Assembly: GCF_011045095.1 (NCBI RefSeq)
Contig: NZ_JAALDL010000001.1
Span: 443,923-467,922, forward strand
From: Grimontia sedimenti
Lineage (GTDB): Bacteria > Pseudomonadota > Gammaproteobacteria > Enterobacterales > Vibrionaceae
Direction of reading: 5' to 3'
Length of the DNA stretch: 24,000 nucleotides
A program made the translations under genes and the position numbers. Position 1 is the stretch's first letter. Each line of letters begins with the position of its first letter. The notes below the pieces were generated by a model, which was given only the letters and a program-made list of their open reading frames with translations, was not told the origin of the DNA and did not search any database. Shown here in pieces: positions 8,293 through 15,462 of this stretch.

Positions 8293-9581
8293 GACGCACT
8301 CCGTAGCGGCATTGGCTCAACATTGCTGTTAATGCCTGCCACAACGTCGAGTGCGCTTCGAACGCCATCTTCATGGAATCCGTTGTACCAGTATGCGCCG
8401 CAGAACCAGGTGTTATTTACACCGGAAACCAGTTCGCGTTTTTTCTGTGCCGCGATACATTTCTGGTCAAACACCGGATGGGCGTATACGAACTTTCTCA
8501 GGATCTTGGATTCGTCTATGTGCTCGGTTTGGTTGAGCGTCACGCAGAAGGTTTCAGGAGACTTGATGCCCTGAAGGATATTCATGTTGTAGGTCAGCGC
8601 AGCGCCTCGGGATTCGCGTCCGTCATTCTTGCCGAGATGATAGTTCCAGCTCGCCCATGCGGCTTTACGCTCTGGCAGCATTTTTTCATCGGTATGCAGG
8701 ACAACATCGTTGTCTTGATAATCGATGTCTCCAAGCACTTCCGTTTCGTGTTGACTTGGGTCAGCCAGGAGTGCCAGTGCCTGATCACTGTGGCAGGCGA
8801 AAATGACTTTGTCGAAGTACTCTTCACCCTTTTCAGACTCAACAACGATATGGTCAGGGTATCGAATGACCTGTTTTACTCGGGCATTGAGACGAATGCT
8901 TTCTTCAAAAGCAGGCACCATCTTACGAACGTACTCGCGAGAGCCGCCAGGGATAACGTACCACTGGGGACGGTTTGCCACTTCCAGCAAGCCGTGGTTA
9001 GCAAAAAAGCGCAGGAAAAACTTCAGTGGGAAAGCTCGCATGTCAGACAGCGTCGATGACCAGATCGCAGCACCCATTGGCAGGATGTAGTTCTGGCAAA
9101 AGTACTCACTGAAACTACGACGGGTCAGAAAGTCTCCCAGCGTTTGCTCAATCAGCGGATCACCATGAGTCGACACCGCATAAGCTTCACGCGCCTCTTT
9201 ATTGAATCGCAGAATTTCGGAGATGAACTTATAGAACTGCGGGTTAAAAAGATTACGTTTCTGGGCAAATAGAGAAGACACACTATGGCCGTTATATTCG
9301 AGCCCATTATCGTCATTGTGAACGCTGAAGCTCATTTCAGTTTCTTGCGCACCGATGCCGATGTCCGCCATCAGGCGCTGAAAATTTGGGTAGGTACGAT
9401 CGTTAAAAACGATAAAGCCGGTATCAATCGCGTAGTGACCGCTGTCGACTTCAACATCTACGGTTGCGGTGTGTCCACCGATGTAGTCGTTATATTCAAA
9501 AAGCGTGATGTCATGTTCTTTATGCAGGTAGTGCGCACACGTCAGGCCAGAAATGCCTGAGCCAATAATTGCAATTTTCAT
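8289..9581 (-). CDS. NAD(P)/FAD-dependent oxidoreductase (amine-oxidase / desaturase-like fold)
   Basis: N-terminal dinucleotide-binding motif MKIAIIGSGISGLTCAHYL...LFEYNDYIGGHT; 430 aa. TAATG junction with the upstream SDR gene. Confidence 0.85.
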   Translation of the reverse strand: MKIAIIGSGISGLTCAHYLHKEHDITLFEYNDYIGGHTATVDVEVDSGHYAIDTGFIVFNDRTYPNFQRLMADIGIGAQETEMSFSVHNDDNGLEYNGHSVSSLFAQKRNLFNPQFYKFISEILRFNKEAREAYAVSTHGDPLIEQTLGDFLTRRSFSEYFCQNYILPMGAAIWSSTLSDMRAFPLKFFLRFFANHGLLEVANRPQWYVIPGGSREYVRKMVPAFEESIRLNARVKQVIRYPDHIVVESEKGEEYFDKVIFACHSDQALALLADPSQHETEVLGDIDYQDNDVVLHTDEKMLPERKAAWASWNYHLGKNDGRESRGAALTYNMNILQGIKSPETFCVTLNQTEHIDESKILRKFVYAHPVFDQKCIAAQKKRELVSGVNNTWFCGAYWYNGFHEDGVRSALDVVAGINSNVEPMPLRSAS

Positions 9582-10309
9582 TATGCTTTCCTTGTAATTT
9601 TTCTTACCAGCGCGAGTTGCATTGCCATTGGCAGTGTAGACAGAAATTTTAGGAAGTAGCTGAACTTCTTAGGAAAGTGCACCTCTACTTTCTTTTTAGC
9701 CAACCCATGACGAATAGATTCTGACGCTTCTTCAGGCGTCACCAGCATCGGCATAGCGAAGTCGTTCTTGTCGGTGAGCGGTGTTTTCACAAAACCGGGC
9801 GAGATAAGTGACACTGTCACCCCTTTATTTTCTAAATCTACCGAGAGAGAGCGAGCCAGATAGGAAATTGCCGCTTTGGATGCGCCGTATGCTTCCGCTC
9901 TGGGAAGACCAAGATACGCTGCAGTAGAGCCCATTAGAGCTAAATGGGTACCTTTTTGAAACTTACTCTGAAGCGCTTCTATACAGTTCAATACGCCAAA
10001 TAGATTGATATCGAAAACGCGTCTAAACAGCGACACATCAATTTCACCGTGATCAATGTACTCACAGGTGCCAGCATTCAGGATAATGAGATCATAAGAC
10101 GTTTCGTTTTGGGTCAACGCCTGCTTGGTAGCCTCGGCATCCGTCGCATCAAAACTCAGAACAGTGACGTTGTCACGCTCTTTCGACCAGGAAAGCAAAG
10201 CAATCACGTTTCTGCCGCACGCCGTGACATTCCAGCCATCAGCGGCATAGTCTTTGGCCAACTGCAAACCAATGCCCGATGTCGCCCCTGTAATGAGTAC
10301 ACGTTTCAT
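9581..10309 (-). CDS. Short-chain dehydrogenase/reductase (SDR)
   Basis: Cofactor motif ITGATSGIG, an NAG motif (LNAGTCE), and catalytic YGASK (YxxxK); 242 aa. Confidence 0.9.
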   Translation of the reverse strand: MKRVLITGATSGIGLQLAKDYAADGWNVTACGRNVIALLSWSKERDNVTVLSFDATDAEATKQALTQNETSYDLIILNAGTCEYIDHGEIDVSLFRRVFDINLFGVLNCIEALQSKFQKGTHLALMGSTAAYLGLPRAEAYGASKAAISYLARSLSVDLENKGVTVSLISPGFVKTPLTDKNDFAMPMLVTPEEASESIRHGLAKKKVEVHFPKKFSYFLKFLSTLPMAMQLALVRKITRKA

Positions 10310-10755
10310 TGGCCCAATCTCTTTTTGATCATTTTAACGGCAGAGCCGAGCACAGGTAGCGCTTCGTAAAGCATTTCACCCAAATCGAAATAGTCGCGGT
10401 GCACAACCACACGCCCTTCTTTCAACACAAGTCGCGTGCATCCTTTGACTGCACGCTCAGCGCCGCCTTCCAGCTTAGGGTGAGATAACGTCATGGTCCA
10501 ACTGATGAAGGCAACGTCACCGTTGACAGCATGGTCGTGGATGTCGAAGCGACAATCAGTAACATTGGTGTACATGGATTCGAAATACCGTGAAAGATTG
10601 TGGTACCCCTCAATGCGGTGAGCGGGGTCTTCAAACACAACATCTTGGCTGTAGATTTCATCCAAGGAGTTCAGGTTGTCCTTGCGCAGAGATGTGTAGA
10701 CAGTGATGAACCTGTCTAGTGTGTCGCTCTGTGATGTGGCTGCTGTTTGGATCAT
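10306..10755 (-). CDS. SnoaL-like / NTF2-fold protein
   Basis: 149 aa. The pattern LDEIYSQDVVFEDPAHRIEG...F...W is typical of SnoaL-like polyketide-cyclase-fold proteins. ATGA overlaps occur at both ends. Confidence 0.7.
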   Translation of the reverse strand: MIQTAATSQSDTLDRFITVYTSLRKDNLNSLDEIYSQDVVFEDPAHRIEGYHNLSRYFESMYTNVTDCRFDIHDHAVNGDVAFISWTMTLSHPKLEGGAERAVKGCTRLVLKEGRVVVHRDYFDLGEMLYEALPVLGSAVKMIKKRLGQ

Positions 10756-12203
10756 GATTCTGCCCTGTGCGTGTTCTGATAGCTCTTCGCCATCTCGAAC
10801 ATTTGTATGGCTCTCTCTCTTGCCAACTTGTGGTCAACGACCGGTTTCGGATAGGAGAGCTCTATACCGTTTTTCTCTGCCCAAACATGAGGTTCGTGAA
10901 GCGACTTGTCTGGAACAGACTCTAGTTCTTTCAACCATCTACGGATGAAACGCACGTTAGGATCAAATTTTTTGCTTTGAGCTGTGGGATTAAACACACG
11001 AAAATAAGGCTGGGCATCGGTGCCTACCGATGCAGACCACTGCCAACCGCCGTTATTTGCGGCAAAATCGCCATCAATCAACTTAGTCATGAAGTACTGC
11101 TCACCCCAACGCCAGTCTATGTGAAGGTCTTTCACCAGGAAGCTTGCCACGATCATACGGAGGCGGTTGTGCATCCATCCCGTGTCATTGAGTTGGCGCA
11201 TGGCAGCATCCACGATAGGGAAACCCGTGCGGCCTTGTTTCCATCGTTCGAACAGCAGTTCATCGCGATTCCATTCGATGGTTTCGGTCCAATCGAGGAA
11301 CGCTTTGCCTTTGCTGATATCGGTATATGCAGCGACGATGTGCTGATAAAACTCCCGCCACACCAATTCTGACAGCCAAACATTGGCCCCCCCTGAATCC
11401 TTCTCAAAACAGTTCTGCTCTTCCACCAGCAATCGCGCAAGGCATTGACGTGGCGATACTGCACCAATCGCAAGGTATGGAGACAGCTGACTGGTAGCGG
11501 GAACAGCAGGGAAATCTCGTGTGGTGTCATACTGGTCCACACGATAGCGGCAGAAATCGCGTAAACGCTGAATGATGGCACTATCATCAATCGGCCAGCC
11601 TACAGAATCTCTTTGCGGATACCTGAAAGACACATTACAAAGCTGACGTAGAAGCGAGGACGTGAGCGCATTAGTTTGCACCGGTTCTGGCGCACTTAGT
11701 GGCGCGATGTTTTCCGCTCTTGCTCTGGCAATCCACGCTTTTTTGAACGGAGTAAATACACGATAAGTGTTGCCAGCTCCATTTGTCACCGTGCCAGGCG
11801 CAAAGATGCATTTGTAATCGAAGCGGTGAAGCTGGGTGCCTGTCAGGCTGAGCATGCCTGCAATCGAGTTATCACGATCAACTTCGTCGGACTCGTAATC
11901 GCGTGTGCAGTAGATATCGGCAATTTGATATTGCTGGCACAACTGCGCAAGGGAGTAATTGATGTCTTTATAAGTGTCCACCGAACGCACCAACAGAGGG
12001 ATTTTCAGCGCTTCTAGTTCCTGTTGAAGCACGACTAAACGCCGGCGGATGAGATCTGCCTGGATGGGGGCCAGGCGATGCGAACGCCACTGAATTGGCG
12101 TTTCATAGTATATGGCAATCACAGGCTCACCACTTCGGCACGCCTCGGTCAACGCGATGTTATCCTTTATTCGGAGGTCTCTCCTAAACCAAACCAGCTT
12201 CAT
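10752..12203 (-). CDS. phrB: Deoxyribodipyrimidine (CPD) photolyase, class I
   Basis: Start set at ATG 12203 (MKLVWFRRDLRIKDN, with GAGGGAG SD upstream); the track's 30-aa N-terminal extension overlaps the upstream gene. FAD-binding signatures are TGFPIVDAAMRQL..TGWMHNRLRMIVASFLVKDL..DWRWGEQYF and DGDFAANNGGWQW. Confidence 0.92.
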   Translation of the reverse strand: MKLVWFRRDLRIKDNIALTEACRSGEPVIAIYYETPIQWRSHRLAPIQADLIRRRLVVLQQELEALKIPLLVRSVDTYKDINYSLAQLCQQYQIADIYCTRDYESDEVDRDNSIAGMLSLTGTQLHRFDYKCIFAPGTVTNGAGNTYRVFTPFKKAWIARARAENIAPLSAPEPVQTNALTSSLLRQLCNVSFRYPQRDSVGWPIDDSAIIQRLRDFCRYRVDQYDTTRDFPAVPATSQLSPYLAIGAVSPRQCLARLLVEEQNCFEKDSGGANVWLSELVWREFYQHIVAAYTDISKGKAFLDWTETIEWNRDELLFERWKQGRTGFPIVDAAMRQLNDTGWMHNRLRMIVASFLVKDLHIDWRWGEQYFMTKLIDGDFAANNGGWQWSASVGTDAQPYFRVFNPTAQSKKFDPNVRFIRRWLKELESVPDKSLHEPHVWAEKNGIELSYPKPVVDHKLARERAIQMFEMAKSYQNTHRAES

Positions 12204-12216
12204 CCTTACGCTCCCT

Positions 12217-13056
12217 CTACATGCTGTTATGTGGTCTATTGGCCAAGCCCATGCTTGCCATTGCGAGTTCTGGGTGAATCTTGGTGCATTCACCGGATAC
12301 TTCTACCTGGAGATCAGCCGACATCATTAATTCGGCAATCTCCCTTTTCATCGCGGGCGTAAAGGCCTGATCGGAATGAATAACAAACCGTGAAACCCCT
12401 TTATCCACCATGCTTTTACCGAGAATGGACAACCCTGCACCCACTCCACCGAGAGTGGTGACAGTGTAACCTTCCGACTGAAGCGTCAGCGCTTTCAGGT
12501 AAAAGCGGAAGCTTTGGTCCCGCGTTACACTGACAATCCAACACTTCTGTTTGCCCTTCACTTTCTGGTTCATATGCAAGCAGTGAACCAGTACGTTGTT
12601 CAGTTGCGCACGCCATATCTGTGCGCACAAGGCACCAGCTTCAGAGGTTTGTTTGTCAAACCAATCGGTTAACGGTTCAAACAGCTTCGATTCCAATACC
12701 TGAATGGGGTAGTTTTTGGTGAGCTCATAAAGTCTGGCTTCCAACGCTTTTACTTCAAAATTGGTCACCAAATTTTTTAACGTATCCCATTCCGGCAAAT
12801 TTTGGACGTTCTCGACATGGGTCTGGTTTACCCCAAGCAACTCTTTTACCTGGCTGACCGGTACCCCTTTGTCTAACCAGGACAAAATCTCCTGAATGTG
12901 TTGAACATCCTGCTCTGAGTAGAGACGATGCCCTTTTGGGGTACGTTGCGGGGTGACCAGGCCATAGCGACGCTGCCAGGCACGAAGGGTGACGGAGTTC
13001 ACCCCGGTGCGCTCTGACACTTCGCCGATAGACAACAATTTCTTTTTAGAGTCCAT
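12217..13056 (-). CDS. MerR-family regulator of LitR/CarH architecture: N-terminal MerR HTH plus a C-terminal B12-binding-like domain without the canonical ligand motifs
   Basis: MerR HTH LSIGEVSERTGVNSVTLRAWQRRYGLVTPQRTPKGHRLYSEQDV. The C-terminal half has a Rossmann-like alternation (CWIVSVTRDQSFRFYLKALTLQSEGYTVTTLGGV...RFVIHSD). The positions expected for Wx9EH and DxHxxG read WDTLKNLVTNFE and RDQSFRF, so no His is present. Confidence 0.75.
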   Translation of the reverse strand: MDSKKKLLSIGEVSERTGVNSVTLRAWQRRYGLVTPQRTPKGHRLYSEQDVQHIQEILSWLDKGVPVSQVKELLGVNQTHVENVQNLPEWDTLKNLVTNFEVKALEARLYELTKNYPIQVLESKLFEPLTDWFDKQTSEAGALCAQIWRAQLNNVLVHCLHMNQKVKGKQKCWIVSVTRDQSFRFYLKALTLQSEGYTVTTLGGVGAGLSILGKSMVDKGVSRFVIHSDQAFTPAMKREIAELMMSADLQVEVSGECTKIHPELAMASMGLANRPHNSM

Positions 13057-14005
13057 AACGTAATCTCAAGCTATCCGGATAAGGATTCAGGTAGCTCTGT
13101 TGAGCCAGATAAGGATCCGGATTTTGGTTCAAGTGGTGATTAATGAGAGTAAGAGGCGCCAGCAACGGCATGGTGCCTCTGCGGTACGCATGAATGAGAT
13201 CCGCCAATTCCGCTTTCTGTTGCTTGTCGAGTGCGCGTTTGAAATAACCCTGTAGGTGCATCAACACATTGGTGTTGTTCTTGCGCGTCGCACGTTTCGT
13301 AATGGCTTGCATAAAGCGGGTGCGGTATTCAGCGTAAAAATCATTGATATCATGATTGGCAATGTCTGCGACGAACTTGCCCAGTTCTTTGTAGTCGGAT
13401 GGCGAGTGCGCCATCAAAACCAGTTTGTAGCGTGAATGGAATTCAACAATTGCTCGGCGGGAAAGTCTTTCAGCCATCGAGTCGTAGAAGTCCCGAAGGG
13501 CAAAGATGCGGAAAACAAAGTTTTCACGAAGCACAGGGTCATTAAGGCGACCATCTTCCTCGATAGGTAACCAAGGCATGCGTTCTATCAATTGTTGGGT
13601 GTAAAGACCTACCCCAATCTTTTCAGAAGCCACATAACCGTTCTCACGGTATACCTTGACGCGTTCCATGCCACAGGTTGGTGATTTTGCACAAACAACG
13701 TAACCGCACAGCTCCATCCCCGCGAGGTGTTCGGCTTTTTTCTTGCTGAAATCTACCATCTTCGCTGTATGGTCAGCGTCTGCATCTTTGGTTTCCACCA
13801 AGCGCACGCCAATGGGTTCGCCGCGATCCAACAGACGAATGGTAGGCCTTGGTACTGGCAGACCAATGCCTACTTCAGGGCAGACAGGAACAAACTCTAC
13901 ATAAGGTTCGAGTTCGCTTGCCACAAAATGACTTCGCTTATGTCCACTGTCGAAACGAACTTGATCGCCAATAACACAAGCACTCACTCCCAGTTTGATC
14001 GTCAT
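13046..14005 (-). CDS. DUF523 (TudS/RudS-type [4Fe-4S] thio-nucleobase desulfidase-like) fused to DUF1722 (YbgA-like); first gene of the operon
   Basis: The N-terminal half carries three spaced Cys in DUF523-like contexts (GVSACVIG, VPVCPEV, KSPTCGM). The C-terminal half (FHSRYKLVLMAHSP..YKELG....LMHLQGYFK) looks like the DUF1722/YbgA domain that precedes phr in E. coli. 319 aa. Confidence 0.8.
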   Translation of the reverse strand: MTIKLGVSACVIGDQVRFDSGHKRSHFVASELEPYVEFVPVCPEVGIGLPVPRPTIRLLDRGEPIGVRLVETKDADADHTAKMVDFSKKKAEHLAGMELCGYVVCAKSPTCGMERVKVYRENGYVASEKIGVGLYTQQLIERMPWLPIEEDGRLNDPVLRENFVFRIFALRDFYDSMAERLSRRAIVEFHSRYKLVLMAHSPSDYKELGKFVADIANHDINDFYAEYRTRFMQAITKRATRKNNTNVLMHLQGYFKRALDKQQKAELADLIHAYRRGTMPLLAPLTLINHHLNQNPDPYLAQQSYLNPYPDSLRLRYGL

Positions 14006-14038
14006 AACGCTGTTCCTTAGTTATACATGTTTTTATAT

Positions 14039-14096
14039 TTGTACAACTTAAGGATAAGAAAGGATCACTCTTGTACAATTATTTTTTTGTGTACAA
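14039..14096 (-). promoter_or_regulatory. Promoter/operator region of the 11-gene operon with three TTGTACAA-type palindromic motifs
   Basis: TTGTACAA occurs at 14039-14046 and 14071-14078, and GTGTACAA at 14089-14096. Read on the minus strand, the middle copy can serve as a -35 (TTGTAC), followed by a 16-nt spacer and TATCCT as a -10. The proximal copy would then lie near +1. Confidence 0.5.
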
Positions 14097-14116
14097 GGTG
14101 ATAAATTTGCGCCATG

Positions 14117-14154
14117 CAATAAAAAACGCCCCTCCCTGGTCAGGAGAGGCGTTT
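14117..14154 (-). terminator. Rho-independent terminator of the sbmA-like gene
   Basis: On the minus strand: AACGCCTCTCC-TGACCAG-GGAGGGGCGTT, an 11-bp stem with one mismatch, followed by TTTTTTAT. It begins 21 nt after the sbmA-like stop (14175). Confidence 0.8.
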
Positions 14155-14174
14155 CAGTTCGCAGTTTTCAAAGG

Positions 14175-15179
14175 TTAATCGGTCGCGGTGGACTGTTCGG
14201 CTTCAATAGCTAAATCGATCTGTTCTTCAAAGCCTTTAAGGCGCTTGTAGATAGACATGAGCTCAACAATAGTCGACCAGGAATTCACCAGAAACTGGAA
14301 AGATTCTTCTACCCTGCCAAACGCACGGATAATTTGCTGCAGCACACCCAAGGTAACAGCACCGGACACTATGGTTGGACCCAAGGCAATGTAAGGAACA
14401 ATCACTGTTCCCTGTAGATACGACCATTTAGCAATATCGAAGTAGAGGTAATGACGGTAGAGATTGAAATAGTTTCGTCTCACGTTAAAAAACAGTTCTT
14501 TCAACGATTCTGGCTCTGCACGGTCTTCGTGGTCTTCGCCATAAACCAACTCTTTCCGGTAGGCTGCTTCTACTTTTTGGTTTTTAAACTCTAATCCTGG
14601 CAGCTTTATGCCCACAACAGCCAGAAGCACAGTACCAAACAGTGCGGAACAGATGGCGATATATACCAGCGAGCGGGACACTTCGCCAATCCAAGGCAGT
14701 TCAGTGATATTTTCACTCAGCACCCAAAGAATCGGTAGGAAGGCAAACAGTGTCATCACAGAACGCATAAAGCTTACGCCGAGAGACTCCATGATGCGGG
14801 CAAATCGCATCGTGTCTTCCTGAATACGTTGAGACGCCCCTTCGATGTGGCGAATTTTGCTCCAGTGTGAAACGTAATAGTCATTCATCGCGGTTCGCCA
14901 TCGAAAAACGTAATGGCGAATAAAGAATTCAAGAATCACGGCCACAACAATGTAGATGGTCGCAATGGTCAAGAACTCGAGGCATGAGGAAAGGAATTCG
15001 TCAAACTCGACGGTATTTGGCTCAGAGAGCGCTTTTTGAATCAGGTTGTAGAAGGAACCGAACCATTCATTTATCTGAACATCCAACTCTACTTTGTACC
15101 AGGTCACGTAAAGAATGAGCGCGGAGCCTAATATCGACCAGTGAAACCAGCGTCTATCCAGAAAAAAAGATTTAAACAT
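14175..15179 (-). CDS. sbmA: SbmA/BacA-family peptide transporter, short form (334 aa)
   Basis: Start set at ATG 15179 (MFKSFF); the track start at 15194 is a TTG. Long conserved blocks match my recollection of E. coli SbmA: HYVFRWRTAMN, IEGASQRIQEDTMRFA, LLAVVGIKLPGLEFKNQKVEAAYRKELVYGED, and NSWSTIVELMSIYKRL. Confidence 0.85.
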   Translation of the reverse strand: MFKSFFLDRRWFHWSILGSALILYVTWYKVELDVQINEWFGSFYNLIQKALSEPNTVEFDEFLSSCLEFLTIATIYIVVAVILEFFIRHYVFRWRTAMNDYYVSHWSKIRHIEGASQRIQEDTMRFARIMESLGVSFMRSVMTLFAFLPILWVLSENITELPWIGEVSRSLVYIAICSALFGTVLLAVVGIKLPGLEFKNQKVEAAYRKELVYGEDHEDRAEPESLKELFFNVRRNYFNLYRHYLYFDIAKWSYLQGTVIVPYIALGPTIVSGAVTLGVLQQIIRAFGRVEESFQFLVNSWSTIVELMSIYKRLKGFEEQIDLAIEAEQSTATD

Positions 15180-15417
15180 ATAAACACTTCCCAAAACTCT
15201 GTGTGACTCTTTGATATACCCTAAAGAATTTCTCTCCCCTCAGACCAATCTGTCAGAGGTTTATAAAATGAACGTTTTTCTAAGAAGATCATTTCAAGTC
15301 TAGACATTAGTGGACTGATTTACGAAAAGATAACAAATTGATCTTGTTGATTATTCTATCACTTGTCAGGAAATATATTGATGGAGTTCACACCTTGCTA
15401 AATTGTGTGATCATTTA

Positions 15418-15456
15418 CCCAAAAACCTGATGGAGAGAGAGCTCAGGAATTTTGGG
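15418..15456 (-). other. Long interrupted hairpin immediately 3' of the CSS-EAL gene; a possible terminator or RNA-stabilising element
   Basis: CCCAAAA(A)CCTGA at 15418-15430 pairs with TCAGG(AA)TTTTGGG at 15443-15456, giving 12 bp around a 12-nt loop. On the transcribed (minus) strand it is followed by TAAATGAT, so there is no U-tract. Confidence 0.4.
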
Positions 15457-15462
15457 TAATGG

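Noticed and set aside
8373-9059. Long antisense ORFs inside well-supported genes. Examples: 228 aa at 8373..9059 (+), 235 aa at 15559..16266 (+), 140 aa at 512..934 (-), 131 aa at 10977..11372 (+), 145 aa at 11153..11590 (-), 133 aa at 19067..19468 (-).
   Set aside because: Each lies wholly opposite a gene with strong family motifs. None has an SD or a recognisable domain. Their composition (Arg/Ser/Cys/His-rich, low complexity) is typical of shadow frames.
14062-14067. TGATCC hexamer (minus strand) in the operon promoter as a sigmaE-ChrR-type -35 element
   Set aside because: I recall TGATCC as the -35 of Rhodobacter sigmaE promoters but cannot recall the -10 and spacing reliably. The nearby TAAG lies only 11 nt away, which is too close. 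TGATCC also occurs at least four more times on this strand inside the operon coding sequence, so it is not clearly enriched.
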